DNA of 64,000 nucleotides from Verrucomicrobiota bacterium (GCA_039798785.1 JBDKFG010000024.1:46111-110110), one strand, 5' to 3'. Shown: positions 8,423-18,109, counted from the stretch's first letter. Notes: a model not told the origin generated them from the sequence alone. Numbers and translations: made by a program.

Positions 8423-9412
8423 ATGGCCAAAAACCTGCCCGACTCACTCTCCCTGAACAGCCTGACCAGCCGCAATCCGCTGATGCGCCGCTGCCTCGAA
8501 CGAGCCGCTCGCGTAGCCGCCACCGACATGCCGGTCCTGATCGTCGGCGACACCGGCACCGGCAAAACCCTTCTCGCCCGGGCCATCCACAACTCCAGCC
8601 CGCGCCAGGCCACCGGCAGTTTCATCGCCGTCAACGTCAGCGCCATCTCCGACAGCCTGGTCGAGTCCGAGCTCTTCGGCCATGAAAAAGGCGCCTTCAC
8701 CGGAGCCATCGGCCAAGTCCGGGGCCGCTTCGAACTCGCCGACCGCGGCACTCTTTTCCTCGACGAGATCGCCGACATGTCTCTGGTCAACCAGGCCAAG
8801 GTGCTGCGGGCGGTCGAGACCGGCGATTTCGAGCGCCTCGGCTCCGAAACCAGCCTGCGCAGCGACGCCCGGATGATCGCCGCCACCCACAAACCCCTGG
8901 GCGAACTGGTCACCGCCGGCCGTTTCCGTGAAGACCTCCTGCACCGCCTCTCTGGCCTCGTCCTGCGCGTTCCGAGCCTGGCCGAACGCCGCGAAGACCT
9001 GCCGGGCCTCGTCGCCTCGGAAGTCAAAAGCTGCGCCGAAGCGATGAAACGGAAAATCACCGCCATCCACCCGGAAGCCCTGGCTAAGCTCACCGCCCAC
9101 CCCTGGCCAGGCAACCTCAGAGAACTGCACCGGGTGATCCAACGCGCGCTGCTCTTCAGTGACGGCGAAGCCCTGATGCCCGAGGTCATCGATTTCAGCG
9201 ACGACATCCGCATCAGTCAAGCCCCCGCAAACACCACATCCCCGGGACCGCAATCAAGCTCGATCCCTGGCGAGGACCTCAGCCTCTCCGCCGCCGAGAA
9301 GCGCCACATCCAGAAGGTCCTGGCCACGGCAGAAAGCAAGTCTCACGCCGCACGCCTCCTCGGCATCTCCCGCACCACCCTCGACCGCAAGATCGAGGAA
9401 TATCAGCTCTGA
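8423..9412 (+). CDS. Sigma54-dependent activator (bEBP; AAA+ and Fis HTH) lacking an N-terminal sensor domain
   Basis: GDTGTGKT Walker A, ESELFGHEKGAFTGA, TLFLDEI, RFREDL, WPGNLREL, C-terminal AARLLGISRTTLDRK. Confidence 0.92.
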   Translation: MAKNLPDSLSLNSLTSRNPLMRRCLERAARVAATDMPVLIVGDTGTGKTLLARAIHNSSPRQATGSFIAVNVSAISDSLVESELFGHEKGAFTGAIGQVRGRFELADRGTLFLDEIADMSLVNQAKVLRAVETGDFERLGSETSLRSDARMIAATHKPLGELVTAGRFREDLLHRLSGLVLRVPSLAERREDLPGLVASEVKSCAEAMKRKITAIHPEALAKLTAHPWPGNLRELHRVIQRALLFSDGEALMPEVIDFSDDIRISQAPANTTSPGPQSSSIPGEDLSLSAAEKRHIQKVLATAESKSHAARLLGISRTTLDRKIEEYQL

Positions 9413-9413
9413 A

Positions 9414-9540
9414 CCTAGAAATCTAAATGCCGCGGTTGAAATGACATTGAAGCCCATCTCGTTTCAATCAATTCAATCAACTCAGATTGGCTGTTGCAGA
9501 TTGCGGATGCGGCTCAACCGTTCGACCTGTGAAATCCAGG
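9414..9540. mobile_element. Degenerate MITE, family B-like
   Basis: Ends CCTAGAAATC and GAAATCCAGG; flanks CTGAA and GTGAA; internal GTTGAAA/TTTCAA motifs as in 22240-22448; also a partial family A end (TCGACCTGTG, 9522-9531). Confidence 0.45.
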
Positions 9541-9564
9541 GTGAAGACTGCTCTGCTGAGCGGC

Positions 9565-10317
9565 TCACTTGAGCTTCAGCAACGTCTCGTCTTGCCCCTT
9601 GATCGTCGCCAGCGGCAGCTCCCCCAGGGAGCCGTCCCAACGGCTGAAATTCATCAATCCCGAAGCCTGCGGGTAGTGACGGTCGCTGATGAAGCGGTCC
9701 ACCAGGGCGTAATTCGATGCGCTGTTGGGAACAAAGCCATAGTAGGTGCTCGGCTGCGCCCGCGTCTGCGCCCCCTCAATCATGAAAATCGACTCCGACG
9801 GCCTCTCGATCGCATCGCGCTTCAAGCTGCTGCCGTTGTAGCCGGTCCGCGACCCGTGAATGTTGGGATTGTAGGCGATCCCATCCATGTCGAAGGCCGC
9901 TGCGGTCTTGATCATCGGACAGCAGTAGATCTTGCCGCCTGTCGTCATCCGACGATCTTGCCTGCCGATCTGCAAGACTTCGTTCATGCCGATGAACCAG
10001 CCTTGCGGCAGAATGTCGCCTCGCTGCATGTCGGTGATCGACCAGAAAAGGGTGATGCCGCTCAGACTGTCCATCTGACCGTTCCGATTGGCGTCGTAAC
10101 CGCCCTTGGCCAAGAGCTCATAGCCGATCGACAACTGCCGGAGGTTGCTTTTGCAGATGACGTTCTTTGCCGCTTGACGCGTCTTCGACCAGGCCGGAAA
10201 GAGCAGGGACGCCAGGATCAGCACGATGATCACCACGATCAGCAGCTCGACAAGGGTGAAGGATCTCCGCTGGGTCCCTAGCGGAGATTTAGCGGCGCGG
10301 CCATTCGAAGTGCTCAT
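9565..10317 (-). CDS. Prepilin-type N-terminal methylation domain protein (DUF1559-like)
   Basis: RRSFTLVELLIVVIIVLILASLLFPA, CKSNLRQL, C-terminal RH...MNFSRWDGS. Confidence 0.85.
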   Translation of the reverse strand: MSTSNGRAAKSPLGTQRRSFTLVELLIVVIIVLILASLLFPAWSKTRQAAKNVICKSNLRQLSIGYELLAKGGYDANRNGQMDSLSGITLFWSITDMQRGDILPQGWFIGMNEVLQIGRQDRRMTTGGKIYCCPMIKTAAAFDMDGIAYNPNIHGSRTGYNGSSLKRDAIERPSESIFMIEGAQTRAQPSTYYGFVPNSASNYALVDRFISDRHYPQASGLMNFSRWDGSLGELPLATIKGQDETLLKLK

Positions 10318-10503
10318 ACGTATCCTCCTTCGCTTGTTATCCTCTCAAGCCCCCCGCACGGACGCGCAAGCAGAAATTCCAGGCCTGAGCTTCAAGTGAA
10401 GCGTCAATCCAAGCCCAAAATCCTCTTCACGCCTTCGTTGGGAGACCTGTTCCACTCCTCTCGTTCGCCTCCCGCGACAGGATCTCGCAGGACAAAAAAA
10501 GTT

Positions 10504-10665
10504 CGACCTGCCTCACTCGAGTTTCAGGATCACCGCTTAGGGAGTTGGGGAACTGGGGAGTTAAGTTAAGGAGTGCTTTAACACCCCAATTCCCTCCTCC
10601 CTGACTCCCTGAAAAGCAGCTTGAATGCATCTCAGTCCAAGCTCAATTCGGTGTGATGCACGTCG
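10504..10665. mobile_element. MITE family A copy with different internal cargo
   Basis: Ends CGACCTGCCTCACTCG and CGGTGTGATGCACGTCG; AAAAAAGTT duplicated on both flanks (9 bp). Confidence 0.65.
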
Positions 10666-10920
10666 AAAAAAGTTCGCCCTCCCCAATATCCCGCATGGCT
10701 GCTCGGAAGCCGGCTCGGCGGATTACCCGGGAGGATGCCAGTCATTTGCGCCCTGCGCCCTGAACGGGCCGGCGAGAGGTAGAGAGCCTAGCTCCCTGAA
10801 ACGCGAGAGGCCAGCCCCAGTCCTTCGGCATTTTCGGCTTCAGCTCTTCCAGATCCAGCAAGACCAGATGAAGAGATTCGTAGTTGTTGGCCTCGGATCG
10901 ATATCGCTTTCTCTCTCCAT

Positions 10921-10950
10921 GAAAAAGCCGCCCGTCTCCGAGCGGCTTTC
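10921..10950 (-). terminator. Rho-independent terminator after korB
   Basis: AAAGCCGC / GCGGCTTT stem followed by a U tract on the minus strand. Confidence 0.7.
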
Positions 10951-10954
10951 GATC

Positions 10955-12016
10955 TCACTTCTTCTTCGACACGAAGGGCTTCCAGGCGTCTTCGAAGACC
11001 TCGTCGGTCTCGATCTTCCAGGATTCGCTGCCACGGAGGAGTTTGTCGATGTTGCCGGGGCCTTTCTGGGCGAGGACCTGGGCGGCCTGCTCGTTGACAT
11101 CGGTGTCGTAGGCGGGGCGCTCGACCTGGCGGAGGATGCCCATCGGGGTGGGGGCGTCGGGGAAGCTGAGCTGGGCCAGGGCCATCGCCAGGGCCGGGCT
11201 CTGGGCCTTGGGATTGTGGACCAGGATCTTGCTTGGATCGGTGAGAGCGGTGTCGCGGACGACGATGTCGAGGCCGTCGAGGACCAGGCACTTGGCCTTG
11301 TCCTTGCCGAAGAGAATCGGCTTGCCTTCTTCGAGCTCGACCAGGCGCTCATCCTTGACTTCGCGGTCGACCACGTTGTCGAAGGCGCCGTCGTTGAAGA
11401 TCACGCAGTTCTGCCAGATCTCGACCAGGGACAGGCCCTTGTGCTGACGCGCGGCCTTGAAGACGGCGTCCATGTGGCGGGGATTGGTGTCCCAGGTGCG
11501 GGCGACGAAGGTGGCGCCGGAGGCGAGCGCGAAGAGGAGCGGGTTGACCGGAGCGTCGACCGAGCCGTAAGGGGTCGACTTGGTCACCTTGTTCTGCTCG
11601 GAGGTGGGCGAGTACTGGCCCTTGGTCAGACCGTAGATGCGGTTGTTGAAGAGGAGGACGACCATTTCGACGTTGCGGCGGACCGCGTGCATCAAGTGAT
11701 TGCCGCCGATCGACAGGCCGTCGCCGTCGCCGGTGACCATCCAGACATCGAGGTCGGGGCGGGCGACGCGGAGGCCGGTGGCGACGGTGGGAGCGCGGCC
11801 GTGGATGGTGTGGAAGCCGTGGGTGTCCATGTAGACCGGGAAGCGCGAGGAGCAGCCGATGCCGGAGATGACGACCTGCTTCTCTTTCGGGCGGCCGAGG
11901 TCGGCCATGGTTTTCTGGACGGTGGCGAGGATGGCGTAGTCGCCGCAGCCGGGGCACCATTTGACGTCTTTGGCCGAGGTGAAGTCTTTCTTCGTGTACT
12001 TGATGGGGGCGTTCAT
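10955..12016 (-). CDS. korB: 2-oxoacid:ferredoxin oxidoreductase beta subunit
   Basis: WCPGCGD, SGIGCSSR, HTIHGRA, GDGDGLSIGGNH, NNRIYGLTKGQYSPT. Confidence 0.93.
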   Translation of the reverse strand: MNAPIKYTKKDFTSAKDVKWCPGCGDYAILATVQKTMADLGRPKEKQVVISGIGCSSRFPVYMDTHGFHTIHGRAPTVATGLRVARPDLDVWMVTGDGDGLSIGGNHLMHAVRRNVEMVVLLFNNRIYGLTKGQYSPTSEQNKVTKSTPYGSVDAPVNPLLFALASGATFVARTWDTNPRHMDAVFKAARQHKGLSLVEIWQNCVIFNDGAFDNVVDREVKDERLVELEEGKPILFGKDKAKCLVLDGLDIVVRDTALTDPSKILVHNPKAQSPALAMALAQLSFPDAPTPMGILRQVERPAYDTDVNEQAAQVLAQKGPGNIDKLLRGSESWKIETDEVFEDAWKPFVSKKK

Positions 12017-12075
12017 GGTTGGAACCTGTTTGTCTTTAGATCGGTCGGATCAGTCCGATCGGACCGATCTGTTTT

Positions 12076-13914
12076 TCAGAGAAATTTGCGGAAGGCGCTG
12101 ACCAAGTCCGCCACCTTGAAGGGCTTGCCCATGATCTGGGTGACCGACTGGGCGTCGATGGCGTATTTGGCGCGGATCACTTGCACCAGCTGACCGAGGT
12201 TGATTTCGGGGATGACGACGGTGTCGAAGCCGGAGAGGATCTCTTCGAGGTCGAGGGGCAGCGGGTTGATGTGGCGCAGGTGGACGTAGGAGATCGAGGC
12301 GCCTTCTTTTTGAAGTTCCTTGACCGCGCTGACGACGTGGCCGTAGGTGCCGCCCCAGGCGAGGACGAGGACCTTGCCGGACTGGGCGCCGAGGATCCTG
12401 GTGGGTCCGTAGCTCTTGGCGATGGCGGCGACCTTGTCCTTGCGGAGGCCGCACATCAAAGCGTGGTTCTTGCCGTCGTAGGATATGTCGCCCTTCTCGT
12501 TCTTCTCCAGGCCGGTGAGGGTGTTCTGGAGGTTGGCGGTGCCCGGGGTGACCCACTTGCGGGCGAGGGTTTCGGGATCGCGCTCATAGGGCTTGTAGGG
12601 CTTGCCGTCCTCGCCGGTGTAGAAGGCCTGTTTGATGCCGGGGAGATCGGCGAAGGCGGGCACCTTCCACAGGTCGGAGGAGTTGGCGATGAAGCCGTCG
12701 GAGAGGAAGTAGACCGGGGTCATGTATTCGACCGCGATGCGGGCGGCTTCGAGGACGGCGTGGAAGCAGTCGACCGGCGACGAGGCGGCGATGACCGGGA
12801 CGGGGCATTCGCCGTTGCGGCCGAAGAGAGTGAGCATCAGGTCGGACTGCTCGGTCTTGGTGGGCAGGCCGGTGGAGGGGCCGCCGCGCTGGACATCGAC
12901 GATGACCAGGGGCAGCTCGGTCATGGCGGCGAGGCCGACGAATTCCGCCTTCAGGCAGATGCCGGGGCCGGAGGAGGCGGTGACGCCGAGCGAGCCGCCG
13001 TAGGAAGCGCCGAGGGCGACGCCGCAAGCGGCGATTTCGTCTTCCGCCTGGACCGTCTTGACGCCGAAGTTCTTCAGCTTCGAGAGGTCGTGCAGGATGT
13101 CGGAGGCGGGAGTGATCGGGTAGGTCGAGTAGACCACGTTCAGGCCGGACTTGACCCCGGCGGCGACGAGGCCGTAGGCGGTGGCGGAGTTGCCGGTGAT
13201 CTGGCGGTAGGTGCCGGCGGGCATCGGGGTGGACTTCACCTTGTAGCGGCGGGTGAAGATCTCGGCGGTGTCGCCGTAGTTGTAGCCGGCGCGGAGGGCC
13301 TTGCTGTTGGCCTGTTCGATGACATCCTTGCCGCCGAACTTCTTCAGGATCCAGGCTTCGGTGTAGTCGAGGCTGCGGTCGAACATCCAGTACATCAGGC
13401 CGAGGGCGAAGAAGTTCTTGCAGCGGCGCTTGTGCACCGGCTTCATGTCGAGGTCCTTAAGGGCCTCTTCGACCAGGGTGGTCATCGGCACCGAGATGAG
13501 CTGGAACTTCTCGCCGACCATCGGGTTGTCTTCGAGCGGGTTGGTCTCGTAGCCGGCCTTGCGCAGGTCGATGTCGGAGAAGTTGTCGGAGTTGACGATG
13601 AGGACGCCGCCGCGCTTGAGGTCTTCGATATTCATCTTATAAGCGGCGGGGTTCATCGCGACGAGGATGTCGGGCTGGTCACCGGGGGCTTCGACCGATG
13701 CGGCGGCGAAGTTGACCTGGAAGCCGGAGACGCCGGCGGGGGTGCCGGCGGGGGCGCGGATCTCGGCGGGGAAGTCCGGGAAGGTGGAGATGTCGTTGCC
13801 GGCGATCGCCGAGGTGTCGGTGAACTGGGTGCCGGTGAGCTGCATGCCGTCGCCGGAGTCGCCGACGAAGCGCACGACGGCGCCTTCAATTTGGATCTGC
13901 TGGGTGTCTACCAT
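12076..13914 (-). CDS. korA: 2-oxoacid:ferredoxin oxidoreductase alpha subunit (gamma-alpha fusion)
   Basis: GDSGDGMQLTG, FPAEIRAPAGT, YPITPAS, QAEDEIAA, SGPG, QRGGPSTGLPTK. Confidence 0.93.
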   Translation of the reverse strand: MVDTQQIQIEGAVVRFVGDSGDGMQLTGTQFTDTSAIAGNDISTFPDFPAEIRAPAGTPAGVSGFQVNFAAASVEAPGDQPDILVAMNPAAYKMNIEDLKRGGVLIVNSDNFSDIDLRKAGYETNPLEDNPMVGEKFQLISVPMTTLVEEALKDLDMKPVHKRRCKNFFALGLMYWMFDRSLDYTEAWILKKFGGKDVIEQANSKALRAGYNYGDTAEIFTRRYKVKSTPMPAGTYRQITGNSATAYGLVAAGVKSGLNVVYSTYPITPASDILHDLSKLKNFGVKTVQAEDEIAACGVALGASYGGSLGVTASSGPGICLKAEFVGLAAMTELPLVIVDVQRGGPSTGLPTKTEQSDLMLTLFGRNGECPVPVIAASSPVDCFHAVLEAARIAVEYMTPVYFLSDGFIANSSDLWKVPAFADLPGIKQAFYTGEDGKPYKPYERDPETLARKWVTPGTANLQNTLTGLEKNEKGDISYDGKNHALMCGLRKDKVAAIAKSYGPTRILGAQSGKVLVLAWGGTYGHVVSAVKELQKEGASISYVHLRHINPLPLDLEEILSGFDTVVIPEINLGQLVQVIRAKYAIDAQSVTQIMGKPFKVADLVSAFRKFL

Positions 13915-14137
13915 GATCTAAGGTCCCGCGGGGTTCTACTTTTGGATTTTCAGGCCGCCAATGTACGCGAGGGGAGGACTTTGCCAAGGCGGAGAGGTGC
14001 TTCGCCTATGTACTAGGACATAATCAATGATGGCGACAAGGGTGATCTCGGCAGCCCTGATAAAATCTTAAAATATGTAAAATGAACAAGTTGTGATGAT
14101 GATACAGAGACATCCGGCGACAGCCTCGGCCCGGCAT

Positions 14138-14164
14138 AAAAAAGCCCTGCCGGGTAGGCAGGGC
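14138..14164 (-). terminator. Rho-independent terminator after hpf
   Basis: GCCCTGCC / GGCAGGGC stem plus U6 on the minus strand. Confidence 0.75.
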
Positions 14165-14184
14165 GGCGCGTGCCAGGACGGATT

Positions 14185-14526
14185 TCAGTCCTGATTCGCC
14201 TTGTCGGCTTCGACGTTGCCGAGATGGCGGGCGTGCTGTTGGTGGTGGATCTTGTCAATCCGTTTCTCGAGCTGGCGGTCGAGACGGTCGACCGCCAAGG
14301 CGAGGGACTTGTGCAGATCGGCCGCTTCGGCGTGGGCGTCGAGGTGGATCTTGTCGCCATGGAGGACGATCTCGGCCTTGATCGATTTGTCAGGAAGCTC
14401 GGTGAGGACGACATCGGCCTTGATCAGTTTCGGGTGGCTGCTGCGGAGGGCGGACAGACTATCGGCGACAAGGCTTCTGATTTTGTCGGAAATCTGGAAA
14501 TTGCGGGCGGCGACGATGATGTCCAT
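14185..14526 (-). CDS. hpf: Ribosome hibernation promoting factor / RaiA family
   Basis: MDIIVAARNFQISD, DLHKSLALAVDRLDRQLEK; strong AAGGAG SD. Confidence 0.82.
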   Translation of the reverse strand: MDIIVAARNFQISDKIRSLVADSLSALRSSHPKLIKADVVLTELPDKSIKAEIVLHGDKIHLDAHAEAADLHKSLALAVDRLDRQLEKRIDKIHHQQHARHLGNVEADKANQD

Positions 14527-14634
14527 GGTCTATCTCCTTTTTCGAACTCTCTCGGGGGGGGGGCTCCGGTGGATTCCCTCCCCACTCAAATAGACACCCT
14601 TTTCAGCGCGGGGTGCAAGTGTGGCTGGGTCGAT

Positions 14635-15582
14635 TCAGCGAATTTTTCCGGGGTTTTCCCGCCCTGGCCGCCAGGCGGCGACTAGGGCATCGAGCTCGGC
14701 GAAGGAGCTTTCCCGAGCTTCTGGAAGGAAGCGGTGCTCTTCCTGGCTGGCGAGGAGTGCGGCGGCCTTGGCGGCGAGATCCGGAGGCAGGCTGGGGTGG
14801 CGGCCGAGGGCGGCGGCGAGTTCCGAGACACTGAGCGACTCGGGCAGTCCGAGGCGGAGGCGGCACCAGATCCGGAAGGCGAGGAGGCGGGCGGACTGGC
14901 CTGGCGCTGGAGCCAGCTTGGCGGCATCGCGGCAGGCGTCGCGGTAACGTTGCTCCGGGGTGGCCTGGCGTCGGCGCCAGAGGATCACCATGAGGATGGC
15001 GAGGGCGAGGGAGCCGGAAAAGGCCCAGGCGAGCAGAGTGAGTCGCAGCCAGTCGCGATCAGGGTCGGGCCGATCGAGCAACTTATCGGAAAGAGGAGGT
15101 GCCGGGGGCGGCAGCCACCGCGGATCGGCCTCCGGCAAGATGAAGCTGAGCGGCGGCAGTGCGGCATGGATCGGATCGCCCTCGCTGACGGCGATCGACA
15201 GGGAGGCGTTTGCAAGGGGACCCGGCGCGACGCCGCTGAGGCGTGGGCGCAGGCGCCAGACCAGGCCGCGAGCTTCGAGGCCGGAGAGGGTGCTTTCGAA
15301 CTCCTCGTGGCCGACGGCGGCGGTGCCGAGACGCCAGTCGAGCCGCGTAGGCTTCACCCCCGGCGGCAGGCGCAGCTTCAGCTCAAGACCAACGGCTTCG
15401 CCGACCGGGATCTCGCCGTGTGCGGAGCGGCATTCCAGCAGCAACGGCGGGCAGTTGCGCCGCACCCAGCCCAGCCAGCCGGCCAGGATCAGCAGAGACA
15501 AAAGCAGCGCGCCTGCAGGCAGGGCGAGACGGCGGAGGCGGGGTTGGGATGGGGACGTGATCATGTTGAATTCAACGCGCAA
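14635..15582 (-). CDS. Hypothetical membrane protein (BatD-like topology, two TM segments)
   Basis: N-terminal TM, beta-rich segment 'VGEAVGLELKL', second TM followed by RRR; start uncertain (15564 alternative). Confidence 0.45.
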   Translation of the reverse strand: MRVEFNMITSPSQPRLRRLALPAGALLLSLLILAGWLGWVRRNCPPLLLECRSAHGEIPVGEAVGLELKLRLPPGVKPTRLDWRLGTAAVGHEEFESTLSGLEARGLVWRLRPRLSGVAPGPLANASLSIAVSEGDPIHAALPPLSFILPEADPRWLPPPAPPLSDKLLDRPDPDRDWLRLTLLAWAFSGSLALAILMVILWRRRQATPEQRYRDACRDAAKLAPAPGQSARLLAFRIWCRLRLGLPESLSVSELAAALGRHPSLPPDLAAKAAALLASQEEHRFLPEARESSFAELDALVAAWRPGRENPGKIR

Positions 15583-15596
15583 GCGCGGATTTTCTT

Positions 15597-16796
15597 TCAG
15601 GGAAAGAGCTCGGCCCAGGGGCCTGGACCGGTTTCCGGGGCTTCGAGGCCGGCAGGCAGCGCAGCCGGCCCGGAGCGCGGCGTGTCGAGGCGGCGCAGAT
15701 GCTCCAGGCAGGCCCGGCCGAGATCAGGCGCGAGGGCAAGCTTGGTCGGCCAAGCGACGATGGCGTTGCCCACCGGGGCGGTGAAGGCGTTGTCAGGTCG
15801 AGCGCCGTCGGACTGGTGCGGCTCGGCACGATCGACACGCCAGGTCGCCCATTCCGCCGCTCCGAGGTCGATCCAGGGCGTCAGTTCGGCAAGGAGTTTC
15901 CGCGCGGCGTCGATCTGCTCCTCAGGACTGCGATCGACGCCGTCCTCGCTGATATTGCCGCCCAGGGTCCAGACTGGGGCGCCATCGGGGGCGAACTGGG
16001 TGGTGATGGTCAGCTCCGGCTTGGTCGCGGCCCCGACGCAGTGGGCGTAGACGGGATGGGGGAAGCGGTGCTTCACCGCCACCATGTGGAGGGGGCGTCG
16101 CTGCATCCGCGGGCGCCCCTTGCCGGGCAGGCCGGGGAGAAGCTCCTCCTGGCCTTCGCCGGCGGCAAGGACGAGCGCGGCGGGGCGCACATGGAAGAGC
16201 CCACCCTGAGGAAGCCGGAGGGCGACGCGGGTGAGAACTTCCTCCTCCCAGGTGAAGGAGGATGCTTCGGCGCGGGCTCGGATCTGGGAGCCGGAGTTGA
16301 GGCGTGCGAGGGCGCGGAAAACGCTGGGGATGTCCAACACCGGTTCGTGGAGAGCGTAGAGAGGCCCCTTGAATCCCTTCAGTCGGAAGGCTTCGGGGCG
16401 CTCGGATTCGGCGACTTCATGCATCAGCGACACCACCGCCTTCGACGCGGCGAGAAGAGCCAGCTTTGAAAACATGCTGCCGGTGCTCCACATGTAGTGG
16501 TAGGGCGAAAGCTGACGGGCGGCGGAAAGGTCGATTTCGCCTCTTCCCGCAAGGGCGGCGCGCCACTGCTCCGGCATGCCGCGGATGGCATTGGTGGCGG
16601 AGCCGAGTACGCCGTCCAACGCGTACTTGATGCCGCCGTGGATGATGCCCTGCGACATCGAGGACTGCCGACAGCCGAGGCTGCCGGATTCGGCGAGGAC
16701 GACACGGTAGCCCTGGCGGCGCAAAAGCTCCTGGGTCCAGGCGCCGGCGATGCCGCCGCCGATGATCAGCACGTCGCAGTGAAAGTCGTCGCTCAT
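15597..16796 (-). CDS. FAD-dependent oxidoreductase (DAO/glycerol-3-phosphate dehydrogenase-like)
   Basis: DVLIIGGGIAG, SQGIIHGGIKY, WPTKLALAP. Confidence 0.85.
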   Translation of the reverse strand: MSDDFHCDVLIIGGGIAGAWTQELLRRQGYRVVLAESGSLGCRQSSMSQGIIHGGIKYALDGVLGSATNAIRGMPEQWRAALAGRGEIDLSAARQLSPYHYMWSTGSMFSKLALLAASKAVVSLMHEVAESERPEAFRLKGFKGPLYALHEPVLDIPSVFRALARLNSGSQIRARAEASSFTWEEEVLTRVALRLPQGGLFHVRPAALVLAAGEGQEELLPGLPGKGRPRMQRRPLHMVAVKHRFPHPVYAHCVGAATKPELTITTQFAPDGAPVWTLGGNISEDGVDRSPEEQIDAARKLLAELTPWIDLGAAEWATWRVDRAEPHQSDGARPDNAFTAPVGNAIVAWPTKLALAPDLGRACLEHLRRLDTPRSGPAALPAGLEAPETGPGPWAELFP

Positions 16797-16949
16797 CGCA
16801 AATCCTCGGGTCGATTTTGAATCTCCCCACTAGACATCCATCTCGGCAATTCCGCACCACTTCCGCGCCGTGCCCCCGACGAATCACCGCGGCCGCTGGC
16901 ACAGCCGCCAATAACCGTTAAGTTGCTCGGAAAAGCGAGTACCTCAATC

Positions 16950-18023
16950 ATGGCCAAGAAAGTCGCCCGAGTCAGCCGCCTCACCCAGGAAGATCTGGCC
17001 TCCCGTCCCCACAGCGATCTGCGCAACCTGATCATCGAAGACATCCGCCGCAAAGGTCTGCGCGACGGCGACCGCTACCTCGGCGCCGACGGCGTCGGCG
17101 AACTCCTTGGCGTCAGCCCGGTCACCGCCAACCGCCTTCTTGCCGCCATGGCCGAAGAGAATCTAGTGGTCCGCCGCCGCAAGGCCGGCACCTTCGTCGG
17201 CAGCGGCTTCGTCCGCGACGAACAGCAGCGGCGCGACGGCTTGCGGGTCCTGCACATCCTGATGGTGAAGGAGAATTCGCACGACCAGAACTCCGATGAG
17301 CGGTGGAGCGAAGTGATGTGGAAGCAGGTGCCCGGCGCCGCACTCCGCATCCACCAGGTCCCCGAAGACGAATCCTTCTTCCACGCCCGCCACATCGTCG
17401 GCCAGATCGCCGCCAGCGGTCTCGACGAAGGCCTCATCCTGATCCGCGCCACCGAGCGCATCCAGCGCCTGGTCGCCCAGAGCGGTGTCAAGGCGGTGGT
17501 CTTCGGCCACCTCTTCCCCGGCGTCGGCGGCCTGCATTGCGTCACGATGGACCAGACAAAGGCGGGCGAGCTGGCGGTGGCCGCCTGCCGCGCCCAGAAA
17601 TGCCAGCAGCTTGTGGTGGTGATGCGCGCCTCGTGGCGGATGGGTGATGCCGACTTCTTCGCCGCCATTCTCCGCCAGGCCGGTGCCGCGGGCCTGCGCG
17701 CAGACCAGATCCAGCTGGTCGTCGCCGACGAGGAGCCCGACGCCTGCAGCGACCAGATCCGCCAGGCGCTCGCCAGCAGCCCGTCCGGCCGCATCGGCCT
17801 GATCTGCCGCCACAGCGCTTTCGCCCGCGCCGCGCTGCGTCACAAAGGCGACTTCCATATCGTCAGCGCCACCGCTGACAACGATTCGAAGCATCTCAAA
17901 GGCTGCGATGAGATCCTCGCCACTCTCAGTCGCGAAAAGATCGGTCAGCTGCTACTCCAGCAATTGGCTCTGCCGCTGCACGAATCCAGCCCCGCCCAGG
18001 TCATCCCGGTGCGGCTGAACTGA
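16950..18023 (+). CDS. GntR-type HTH regulator with periplasmic-binding-protein-like C-terminal domain
   Basis: LGVSPVTANRLLAAMAEENLVVRRRKAGTFV winged HTH; LacI-like 'VTMDQTKAGELAV'. Confidence 0.75.
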   Translation: MAKKVARVSRLTQEDLASRPHSDLRNLIIEDIRRKGLRDGDRYLGADGVGELLGVSPVTANRLLAAMAEENLVVRRRKAGTFVGSGFVRDEQQRRDGLRVLHILMVKENSHDQNSDERWSEVMWKQVPGAALRIHQVPEDESFFHARHIVGQIAASGLDEGLILIRATERIQRLVAQSGVKAVVFGHLFPGVGGLHCVTMDQTKAGELAVAACRAQKCQQLVVVMRASWRMGDADFFAAILRQAGAAGLRADQIQLVVADEEPDACSDQIRQALASSPSGRIGLICRHSAFARAALRHKGDFHIVSATADNDSKHLKGCDEILATLSREKIGQLLLQQLALPLHESSPAQVIPVRLN

Positions 18024-18109
18024 GGCCGCGGCGCACTTAGGAAGACGCGCTTTTCCTGAGCGCCGAAGCCCGCAGCGGCTCCGCGGCAGTCGCGGAGATG
18101 GAAATCATT

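Noticed and set aside
10670..10900. Possible tmRNA, 6S RNA or riboswitch (ANNYES... resembles a tag start)
   Set aside because: No tRNA-like ends, the peptide does not end in an ALAA-type tag, and I could not match any riboswitch core.
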